A DNA stretch of 32,000 nucleotides from an uncultured Actinomycetes bacterium. GTDB lineage: Bacteria > Actinomycetota > Actinomycetes > S36-B12 > CAIYMF01. Below the pieces are notes generated by a model. It did not search any database, had not been told where the DNA came from, and worked only from the letters and a program-made list of their open reading frames with translations. Shown here piece after piece: positions 7,855 to 14,509 of the stretch (the first letter of the stretch is position 1; every line of letters begins with the position of its first letter). The DNA lies in contig CAWJMG010000001.1 in NCBI GenBank assembly GCA_963843975.1, positions 960,001 through 992,000 on the forward strand. Direction: 5' to 3'. The translations under genes were made by a program, and so were the position numbers.

Positions 7855-9339
7855 ATGGGGGGACGGACCGACAGCGACGGCCGCCTCGATCTCGACGAGC
7901 TCGGCTCGGTGATCGAGTCTGCCGACGTCGCCCCGGCGGTCGAGATGCTCGAGGACGGCATCGGCCGTCCGACCGTCGCCGAGCGCCTGGAGGCCGTGGG
8001 CCTCACCCCCTGGGTCCGGCGGCACCGCGTGCTGACCGGTGCCGTCTGCACCGCCGCGGCCTTCGGGCTCGTGGCGGTGGCCGTGCACCTCGCGACGATG
8101 CCGCCGCCCTTCGACCCCTCGGTCGTCGCCACCATCACGCCTGTCAGCACCCCGAACTCGACCATCAGCCTCGACGGCCCCGATGGCGACGTCGGGTCAG
8201 GCTGGTTCCAGGTCGACGGCGTACCTGACGGCGACCGGTTGGTCATCACCGGCGTCCACGGCCCCGGTCTCGGAGCCACCGTGGCGTCGGAGCAGCTCGG
8301 CGGCTGGTTCGGCGCGACCCCCGTGCAGGGCGCACAGGTCTGGTCGGCGCGTGCGGTCATCGACTGCCACGACGGTGCCCTGCAGCCGAGCGAGGACGAC
8401 TACCGGCTGACACTGCGCAAGACCGACCGCTCGGGCCGCACGTCCGACGTCGCCGTGCCGCTGCCCACCGGCTCGGCGACGTGGGCCGGCGCCGTAGCTG
8501 GCGTGTGCTGGCAGCGGACGGCGATCGGCAGCCTCGCGATCACCGAGCTCAGCACCCGCACGGATCTCGCTCGCGCGCAGGTGAGTCTCGGCATCCGGCT
8601 GGAGAGCTCGCTGCCCGTCGACGCCATCGTCGGCACCGAGCTCGAGGAGCTCGGGTCGGTGCGCGTGGGCCAGACCTTCCGCTCCACGATCTCCTCCCGC
8701 CGCACCATCGACACCGAGGTGCTGCTGTCCGTGCTCAGCTGTCGGGATGCCACCGCACCGCAGCCGCTGTTCCCGCAGTCCGCGTCGTACCGCGTGGTCT
8801 CACCGGAGCCGGGTCTCGGCTTCGCGCTGCAGTCGACCGACTCCCAGCAGATCTCGTACGTGCCCGTGCGCTTCACGCCCGAGCAGACGCGCGACGTCGA
8901 CCGTGCGATCGGCGAGGTCTGCGCAGGAGCGCCACCCGTCACGGTCGCGGCAGTCGGCACGCCGCAGGTCAACGCTCTCGGCGGCGCGTTCTCCGAGCAG
9001 GAGATGCGGCTGCAGCTCGACGTGCGCCGACCGGTCGACCGCATGGCGCACATCGAGATACCCGGCGATCCGGGCCTGTCCAACGTCTACTACTCCGTGG
9101 CCGACATCGACGCCGGCAAGGGCGGGCCGGCCGCGCTCATCTGGCGTTTCACCTGCCAGAACACCCCCACCCCGCCGATGGTCACCGTGACCGTCACGGA
9201 CGGTCGCCGCTCCTGGCCGATGCGCACCGCGCTCACCGACGAGTCGGTCGAACGGGCCGTCCTGCGTGCCTGCCCGTCGCAGAGCGCCGCATCACTCGCC
9301 GCGAACGGCTGGCCCGCTCGAGACCTGGGTGCCGGATGA
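7855..9339 (+). CDS. Uncharacterised N-in single-pass membrane protein, tandem paralog 3 of 4.
   Basis: 494 codons. It has DGRLDLDELGSVIE, TPWVRRHR followed by a TM helix, GVHGPGL, IDC...DYRL, and six ectodomain Cys plus one Cys in the TM helix. AAGG lies upstream of the ATG. Confidence 0.8.
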   Translation: MGGRTDSDGRLDLDELGSVIESADVAPAVEMLEDGIGRPTVAERLEAVGLTPWVRRHRVLTGAVCTAAAFGLVAVAVHLATMPPPFDPSVVATITPVSTPNSTISLDGPDGDVGSGWFQVDGVPDGDRLVITGVHGPGLGATVASEQLGGWFGATPVQGAQVWSARAVIDCHDGALQPSEDDYRLTLRKTDRSGRTSDVAVPLPTGSATWAGAVAGVCWQRTAIGSLAITELSTRTDLARAQVSLGIRLESSLPVDAIVGTELEELGSVRVGQTFRSTISSRRTIDTEVLLSVLSCRDATAPQPLFPQSASYRVVSPEPGLGFALQSTDSQQISYVPVRFTPEQTRDVDRAIGEVCAGAPPVTVAAVGTPQVNALGGAFSEQEMRLQLDVRRPVDRMAHIEIPGDPGLSNVYYSVADIDAGKGGPAALIWRFTCQNTPTPPMVTVTVTDGRRSWPMRTALTDESVERAVLRACPSQSAASLAANGWPARDLGAG

Positions 9340-10787
9340 GCGACGACGGCCGCCTCGACCTCGACGACCTGGGCTCGGTCATCGAGGGCGCGAGCACCAT
9401 CGACCAGCCCAGCGACGTCGTCGGCGACGACTCCGGCGCCACGTGGGGCGAGCGCCTCGAAAGCTCCGGCATCACGCCCTGGATGCGGCGTCATCGCGTC
9501 GCCCTGGCCGCAGCCACCGCCGCCGCCGTCGCGATCGGCATCGGGGGTACGGCGTGGCTGCGGGCGCAGCCGCCGCCGCGGCGCGACGTCGCCATCACGG
9601 CTGTCCCCGCCTCGGTCGACGAGTACAGCGGTCCCGGGCTGTCCTTCGCGGACAACGGGATCGTGATGGCGGCGTACCTGGTGCACACCGATGACCCCGC
9701 CACCTCCTTGCACGTCGAGGGGCTCGAAGGGCCGGGCATCCGCGCCAGCACGGTCGGAGCGCCGCACCCGAACGGCAACCAGGCCGCGGTGCTCGTCCGT
9801 GCCCTCATCGATTGCGGCGGCGACCTCCCGCCGTCAATCGCTTCCGACTACCGCCTCCGCGTGACGGCGACGGACGCATGGGGCCGCTCGCGCGAGGAGA
9901 TGGTCAGTGCGGACTCCGCGGAGGCGAGCTGGCCGCAGCTCGTGATGCAGATGTGCCTGCAGACCGCCGTATTCAGCGACGTCACGATGACCGGCCTCCG
10001 CGCGAGCGCCGATCAGGGCGCGGGCGCCGTACGCCTCGAGGTCGACCTTGCGAGCACGCTCCCCGTCTCGGCCGAGGCGCAGTTCGAGGGGATCGACACC
10101 GGCCAGCTCCTCCTGCCCTACGACCCTGCCCCGGTCGAGCTCGCGAGCGGCACCTCCGAGACCGTGAGCGGCAGCCTCCAGGTGCGCGACTGCTCCGCCG
10201 GCACGCCGGCCCTCCCAGGCGTGACCGTGCCGGACGATCCCCAGGACCCGCGCAGCTACTCCAACGGCGACGGCATCGGCGTCTACGTGGTCACGCCCGA
10301 CCGTCAGGCAGGTGCGCTGCTGCCGCTCCTGTTCGACAAGGCGCAGTCCGCCGAGGTGCAGCGTGCGATCGGCGAGATCTGCCGTGACGCACCGACGGTG
10401 GCGGTGTCCGACCTCGCGGTGGTGCGGGTGGTCGATGACACGGCCGCGGCTACGACGACCCTCATCTTCTCGCTTCGCGCCAGGGTGGCGGGCGATCGCG
10501 TGATGAAGGTGGCCGTCGGCCCCGACCCTGCGTTCAGCCCGTCCGACCCCGGCCTGATCGAGTGGACCACGCTCCCTGCCGGCGGCGGCATCGGCCAGGT
10601 CGCGTGGACCTTCTCCTGCCAGGCCAACCCGCAGCCGCCGTCGCTCGACGTCCGCTTCGTCGACGGCCTCAGAGCCACGCCGGTGCGCATCCCCCTCGAC
10701 CAGCTGGTCGTTGCGCCCGAGGTCAGCGGGGCCTGCCCCCTGCTCACCACGGCCACGCTCAACGAGCAGGGCTGGTCCCTCCCCTGA
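9336..10787 (+). CDS. Uncharacterised N-in single-pass membrane protein, tandem paralog 4 of 4.
   Basis: 483 codons. The ATG at 9336 overlaps the paralog-3 stop (ATGA). It has DGRLDLDDLGSVIE, TPWMRRHR followed by a TM helix, GLEGPGI and IDC...DYRL. The cysteines are at residues 160, 207, 286, 349, 428 and 467. Confidence 0.8.
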   Translation: MSDDGRLDLDDLGSVIEGASTIDQPSDVVGDDSGATWGERLESSGITPWMRRHRVALAAATAAAVAIGIGGTAWLRAQPPPRRDVAITAVPASVDEYSGPGLSFADNGIVMAAYLVHTDDPATSLHVEGLEGPGIRASTVGAPHPNGNQAAVLVRALIDCGGDLPPSIASDYRLRVTATDAWGRSREEMVSADSAEASWPQLVMQMCLQTAVFSDVTMTGLRASADQGAGAVRLEVDLASTLPVSAEAQFEGIDTGQLLLPYDPAPVELASGTSETVSGSLQVRDCSAGTPALPGVTVPDDPQDPRSYSNGDGIGVYVVTPDRQAGALLPLLFDKAQSAEVQRAIGEICRDAPTVAVSDLAVVRVVDDTAAATTTLIFSLRARVAGDRVMKVAVGPDPAFSPSDPGLIEWTTLPAGGGIGQVAWTFSCQANPQPPSLDVRFVDGLRATPVRIPLDQLVVAPEVSGACPLLTTATLNEQGWSLP

Positions 10788-10792
10788 CCTAC

Positions 10793-10821
10793 CCACCGGT
10801 TCGCGGCACGCCGAACCGTGG
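10793..10821 (+). terminator. GC-rich hairpin 6 nt after the paralog-4 stop.
   Basis: CCAC(C)GGTTCG pairs with CGAACCGTGG (10 bp, one bulged C, 8-nt loop). There is no U-tract. Confidence 0.4.
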
Positions 10822-10824
10822 AAG

Positions 10825-11225
10825 GCGCTCGACGAGTGCGCTACGTGACTGGTCTACCGGAGATCGGACGGATTCCGAGATCGGCGGAAAGTCAAGGGGC
10901 GACAGGACTTCCGCGATCGGCAGAACGGGAGTACACCAGGACTACGGGAGCCGGCCGTCGGGGCCGACCAGCGGATTCGAGAGGCGACCGAGAAGACCAG
11001 AGCACGGCCCACCCGGGATACCCACGCTGCGGACAACCCACGTAACGGGCGTCACGGCCGGGAGAGCGGCACGCCCGCACCCGACCGGACGATTACCTCG
11101 GCGCACTGCTCGCCCGGGCACCGTGCGGCGACGACGCCTCCTGCCTGCAGGGGCGTCGTCTGCTGTCCGGGTCGTTTCCCGCACCTTGCCCAGGATCCTG
11201 AGCGAGAACAGGCCGGTTCCTACGC
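10825..11225 (+). ncRNA. Candidate Ms1/MTS2823-like (6S-like, RNAP-core-binding) sRNA locus. Boundaries and strand were not determined from the sequence.
   Basis: This is a 455-bp gap between convergent genes, unusually long for this gene density. GC is visibly lower, and the only ORFs are short and Arg/Gly-rich. There are several imperfect long hairpins, for example 10875-10893 pairing with 10905-10920, and a 9-bp stem GACGACGCC/GGCGTCGTC at 11130-11160. From memory, MTS2823/Ms1 lies between Rv3661 (HAD) and Rv3662c in M. tuberculosis, in the same orientation as Rv3661. Confidence 0.35.
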
Positions 11226-11246
11226 AGCGACCTGGGTGAGGTCGCT
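11226..11246. terminator. 7-bp hairpin (AGCGACC / GGTCGCT, 7-nt loop) abutting the stop of the Fic-like gene. It is possibly a bidirectional terminator.
   Basis: Read directly. The last stem base is the first base of the minus-strand stop codon at 11246-11248. Confidence 0.3.
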
Positions 11247-12046
11247 CAGACGAGGTCGGCGAGGATGCGCCGGGTCTCGGCCGCGCCGACGCGTACGGCG
11301 TCGGCGTGCAGCACGATCCAGCGCGCGAGGCCCTCGGGCTCGCCGCTCGCGTAGCCGCGCAGGGCCTCGGCGTACGCCGGCCTGCCAGCAGCGAAGAGCC
11401 CGGCCTCGGGCACGGTGAGGCCGTCCGGGTCGAGGCCGCGCGCGGCGAGCACGAGCCGCGTGGTGGCCCGCGCGACGAGCCCAGATCCCCACGCGAACGG
11501 GCGGAGCACCGCGATCTCGCCGTGCGCGATCGCGGCCACGACGAGCGCAGGCGCCTCGGTCGGGGCGGTCAGCAGGGCGGCGAGCTGCGTCGTACGGCGG
11601 GACGCCTCGGCGTACGGCGGCAGCGTGCCCTGGCGCAGCGGGTCGTCGGCCTCGTCGCTGGTGCGCAGGCGGCCGCGGAGGTCGTCGGCGACGAAGCCGG
11701 TGGAGGCGACTGCATGCAGCCGCGAGAGCGCCTGCAGCGGCGCGCGGCCGAACGTGTCGACGAGCAGCGGCGTCTCGACCTGCACGGCGAGCGCGGCGGC
11801 GACGACGCGGCCGATGGGTGATCCGTCGAGCGCGTCGCCCGAGACGAGCGCGTCCGGTCGCACCTCGGCGCCGTCGATGGCGGCCGACGCCCACCCGCCG
11901 CGCATGCGCGAGGCCGCGACGACCTCGCCAGCACGGGCGCGCACGCCGCGGTCCCACAGCACCTCGTCGACGGCCGTCCGCGCCGCGGTGACGGCGTCGG
12001 CGACACCGGGCAGGTCGACCAGCGGGGCGAGCACGTCGTCAGGCAC
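11246..12046 (-). CDS. Fic/DOC-fold protein with a degenerate active-site motif (Rv3662c-like conserved actinobacterial protein).
   Basis: 266 codons, GTG start. The segment AHGEIAVLRPFAWGSGLVARATTRLVLAARGL aligns to the Fic core H..F..IHPF.DGNGR..R, with the catalytic H replaced by R, N by S and R by L. An upstream SAAIDGAEV resembles the (S/T)xxxE(G/N) inhibitory-helix motif. Confidence 0.55.
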   Translation of the reverse strand: MPDDVLAPLVDLPGVADAVTAARTAVDEVLWDRGVRARAGEVVAASRMRGGWASAAIDGAEVRPDALVSGDALDGSPIGRVVAAALAVQVETPLLVDTFGRAPLQALSRLHAVASTGFVADDLRGRLRTSDEADDPLRQGTLPPYAEASRRTTQLAALLTAPTEAPALVVAAIAHGEIAVLRPFAWGSGLVARATTRLVLAARGLDPDGLTVPEAGLFAAGRPAYAEALRGYASGEPEGLARWIVLHADAVRVGAAETRRILADLV

Positions 12047-12091
12047 CCCGCCACGCTACGACCCACCGGCCCTCCCCTCCCGCGAGGGCGT

Positions 12092-12153
12092 CGAGTTACT
12101 GCCCAAAGGGGGGCCATCCACCTGGCCAAAGCCCCACTCTGGGCAGTAACTCG
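12092..12153. promoter_or_regulatory. 14-bp perfect inverted repeat CGAGTTACTGCCCA ... TGGGCAGTAACTCG with a nested GGCCA/TGGCC repeat in the 34-nt spacer.
   Basis: Read directly. It lies in the divergent region between the Fic-like gene (start 12046) and the kinase gene, and ends 1 nt before the GTG at 12155. Confidence 0.5.
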
Positions 12154-12154
12154 C

Positions 12155-13360
12155 GTGATCTCGGGGGCTGGAAGGGCTGGGGACGGGGGCGGGCGGCGCT
12201 ACGGTCGGCGCGTGCCTCCGGCCTTCACCGCAGTCGTCGTGGCGATCGTGCTCGTCGCGATCGCGGCGGCCGCGCTGCGCGTCCTGCGCGTGGGCGACCT
12301 CGGCAGCGAGGCCGACAAGGCGACGTACGCGACGCTCAACCGGGCGTCGCAGGCGGCCCCGGCACTGCGCGAGGGCCTCACCGAGGACGCCGCGGAGGAC
12401 GCCGCGCGGCACCTGCACGCACTGCTGGGCTCCGAGGGCTTCGCGATCACCGACACCGAGCGCGTGCTCGCCACCGACGGCACGGTGGCCGAGGGGCTCG
12501 CGATGGACGCCGTGCGCGACGTGCTCGCCAGCGGCCGCGCGGCAGTCGCCCGGGACGTCGGCCCGCTCGGGCACGCGGCCGTCGTCGCGCCTCTCGTCGT
12601 CGACGACCGCGTGGTCGGCACCCTCGCCGCCGTCACGCACGACCCGACGGCGAACCTCGTGCGCGCCACCACCGAGGTCGCGCGCTGGGTGTCGTCCCAG
12701 CTCGAGCTGGCCGAGCTCGACGCCTCGCGCGCCCGGCTGGCCGAGGCCGAGGTGCGGGCGCTGCGCGCGCAGATCTCGCCGCACTTCATCTACAACGCGC
12801 TCACGGCCATCGCGTCGTACGTGCGCACCGATCCCGAGCACGCGCGCGAGCTGCTGCTGGAGTTCGCCGACTTCACCCGCTACTCGTTCCGGCGGCACGG
12901 CGACTTCACGACGCTGGCGGAGGAGCTGCGCTCGATCGACCGCTATCTCACGCTCGAGCGCGCCCGGTTCGGCGACCGGCTGCAGGTGACGGTGCGGGTC
13001 GCCCCCGAGGTGCTGCCCGTCGCGGTGCCCTACCTCTGCCTGCAGCCCATCGTCGAGAACGCCGTACGGCACGGGCTGGAGGGCAAGACGGGCCCCGGGC
13101 GCATCACGATCCTCGCCGAGGACGCCGGCAGCGAGTGCCACATCTCGGTCGAGGACGACGGCATCGGCGCCGACCCCGAGCAGATCCGGCTCGCGATGAC
13201 GGGTGAGGGCGACAGCGACTCCATCGGCGTCGGCAACGTCGATGAGCGCCTCCGGAGCGTCTTCGGCGACGAGTACGGCCTCGTGGTCGAGACTGGGCCC
13301 GGTCTCGGGACCAAGGTCTCGATGCGCGTCCCGAAGTACGCCCCAGGAGTCCACGCATGA
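12155..13360 (+). CDS. LytS/YehU-type sensor histidine kinase (single TM + GAF-like + His_kinase + HATPase_c) that lacks the usual 5TM-Lyt sensor module.
   Basis: It has ISPHFIYNALTAIASYV (LytS-type phosphoacceptor region), an N-box QPIVENAVRHG, and G-boxes EDDGIGA and GPGLGT. Only one N-terminal hydrophobic helix is present, followed by FAITDTERVLATDG...VVAPLVVDDRVVGTL (GAF-like). The start is uncertain (GTG 12155 or GTG 12212). Confidence 0.85.
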   Translation: MISGAGRAGDGGGRRYGRRVPPAFTAVVVAIVLVAIAAAALRVLRVGDLGSEADKATYATLNRASQAAPALREGLTEDAAEDAARHLHALLGSEGFAITDTERVLATDGTVAEGLAMDAVRDVLASGRAAVARDVGPLGHAAVVAPLVVDDRVVGTLAAVTHDPTANLVRATTEVARWVSSQLELAELDASRARLAEAEVRALRAQISPHFIYNALTAIASYVRTDPEHARELLLEFADFTRYSFRRHGDFTTLAEELRSIDRYLTLERARFGDRLQVTVRVAPEVLPVAVPYLCLQPIVENAVRHGLEGKTGPGRITILAEDAGSECHISVEDDGIGADPEQIRLAMTGEGDSDSIGVGNVDERLRSVFGDEYGLVVETGPGLGTKVSMRVPKYAPGVHA

Positions 13361-14124
13361 GCGACGAGAACGCGACGCCGGCTGCGGGCCTGCGGGTCCT
13401 CGCCGTCGACGACGAGGCGCCCGCCCGCGCGGAGCTCGCCTACCTCCTCGGCCGCGACGAGCGCGTGGCCGAGGTGCAGACCGCGTCGGACGGCGCCGAG
13501 GCGCTCCGCATGCTCGAGGCCACGCCGTACGACGCGCTCTTCGTCGACATCCGCATGCCGGGCCTCGACGGTCTCGACCTCGCACGCGTGCTGCGCCGGT
13601 TCACCTCGCCGCCGGCGGTCGTGTTCGTCTCGGCGTACGACCAGCACGCGCTCGAGGCGTTCGACCTGCGCGCGGTCGACTACCTCATGAAGCCCGTTCG
13701 TGACGAGCGGCTGGCCGAGGCCGTCGGGCGGGTGCTCGAGGCGCGCGGTCGCGCGGTGCCCGCCGCAGCGGCTCCCCAGGACGACGACGAGACGATCGCG
13801 GTCGAGCTCGGCGGCGTCACCCGCTTCGTCAAGCGCTCGGACGTGAAGTACGTCGAGGCGCACGGCGACTACGCCCGGCTCGTGACCGACGACGGCCGGC
13901 ACCTCGTGCGCGTCTCGCTGACGCTGCTCGAGGAGCAGTGGGCGTCGGCCGGCTTCGTGCGCATCCACCGACGCTGGCTCGTGCCCCTGACCGCGATCGA
14001 CGAGGTGCGCACCGACGAGGGCCGCGTGAGCGTGCGCGTGGGCGACGCCGTCCTGCAGGTGTCGCGGCGGCACACGCGCGAGCTGCGCGACCGTCTCGTG
14101 CGCAGCGCCCGCCCGGGGCGCTGA
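13357..14124 (+). CDS. LytR/AlgR-family response regulator (receiver + LytTR DNA-binding domain).
   Basis: 255 codons. The ATG overlaps the kinase stop (ATGA). The receiver has VLAVDDE and LFVDIRMPGLDG. The LytTR region is VKYVEAHGDYARLVTDDGRHLVRVSLTLLEEQ...FVRIHRRWLV. Confidence 0.9.
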   Translation: MSDENATPAAGLRVLAVDDEAPARAELAYLLGRDERVAEVQTASDGAEALRMLEATPYDALFVDIRMPGLDGLDLARVLRRFTSPPAVVFVSAYDQHALEAFDLRAVDYLMKPVRDERLAEAVGRVLEARGRAVPAAAAPQDDDETIAVELGGVTRFVKRSDVKYVEAHGDYARLVTDDGRHLVRVSLTLLEEQWASAGFVRIHRRWLVPLTAIDEVRTDEGRVSVRVGDAVLQVSRRHTRELRDRLVRSARPGR

Positions 14125-14127
14125 GGC

Positions 14128-14505
14128 GTGGACGAGCGGCCGGCCAAGCGCGTCACGGTCACGCACCCGCGCACGGCCGCTGCACGCGGCACAGCCCGCC
14201 GTGGCGTACGTCGCGACGTCCGCGAGCAGACCGCCCTCGGCGTCACCCTGATCACGTCGCTGCGGCGCGCGCAGCTGCGGCTCGCGGTGCTGGTCGGGGC
14301 CGGCCTCGTCGTCGTGCTCGGCGGGATCCCGTTGGTGTTCCTGGCCTTCCCCGGCCTGCGCGACCTGCGGATCGCCGGCCTCTCGCTCGGCTGGATCGTG
14401 CTGGGCGTGCTGGTGTTCCCGGCCATCTGCGGCGCCGCGTGGTGGTACGTGCGCGCGGCCGAGCGCACCGAGTCCGAGTTCGTCGACCTCGTCGAGCGGT
14501 CGTGA
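14128..14505 (+). CDS. Small two-TM membrane protein, DUF485/YjcH-like in topology.
   Basis: 125 codons. The GTG lies 3 nt after the regulator stop and 4 nt before the transporter start. Two hydrophobic helices are followed by WWYVRAAERTESEF, parallel to AYTRYADKHIDPE of the clear DUF485 protein at 16292. The family assignment is tentative. Confidence 0.5.
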   Translation: MDERPAKRVTVTHPRTAAARGTARRGVRRDVREQTALGVTLITSLRRAQLRLAVLVGAGLVVVLGGIPLVFLAFPGLRDLRIAGLSLGWIVLGVLVFPAICGAAWWYVRAAERTESEFVDLVERS

Positions 14506-14509
14506 CGCC

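Noticed and set aside
10875-10925. GGCGGAAAGTC...GGACTTCC resembles the RNase P RNA P4 motif GAGGAAAGTCCGGGC.
   Set aside because: Only about 8 nt match. The other universal RNase P elements (for example ACAGAAnCCGGCUUA) are absent. The two segments instead pair with each other as a local hairpin.
10961-10985. GCGGATTCGAGAGGC resembles a tRNA T-arm (GGTTCGAATCC).
   Set aside because: No acceptor-stem complementarity, D-arm or anticodon arm could be built around it.
10818-11184. Short ORFs in the convergent gap (10818-11045+, 10854-11036-, 10892-11080-, 10942-11184-).
   Set aside because: They are 60-80 codons of Arg/Gly/Pro/Ser-rich text, mutually overlapping in several frames, with no RBS and no third-position G/C bias comparable to neighbouring genes. 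A non-coding RNA interpretation is preferred.
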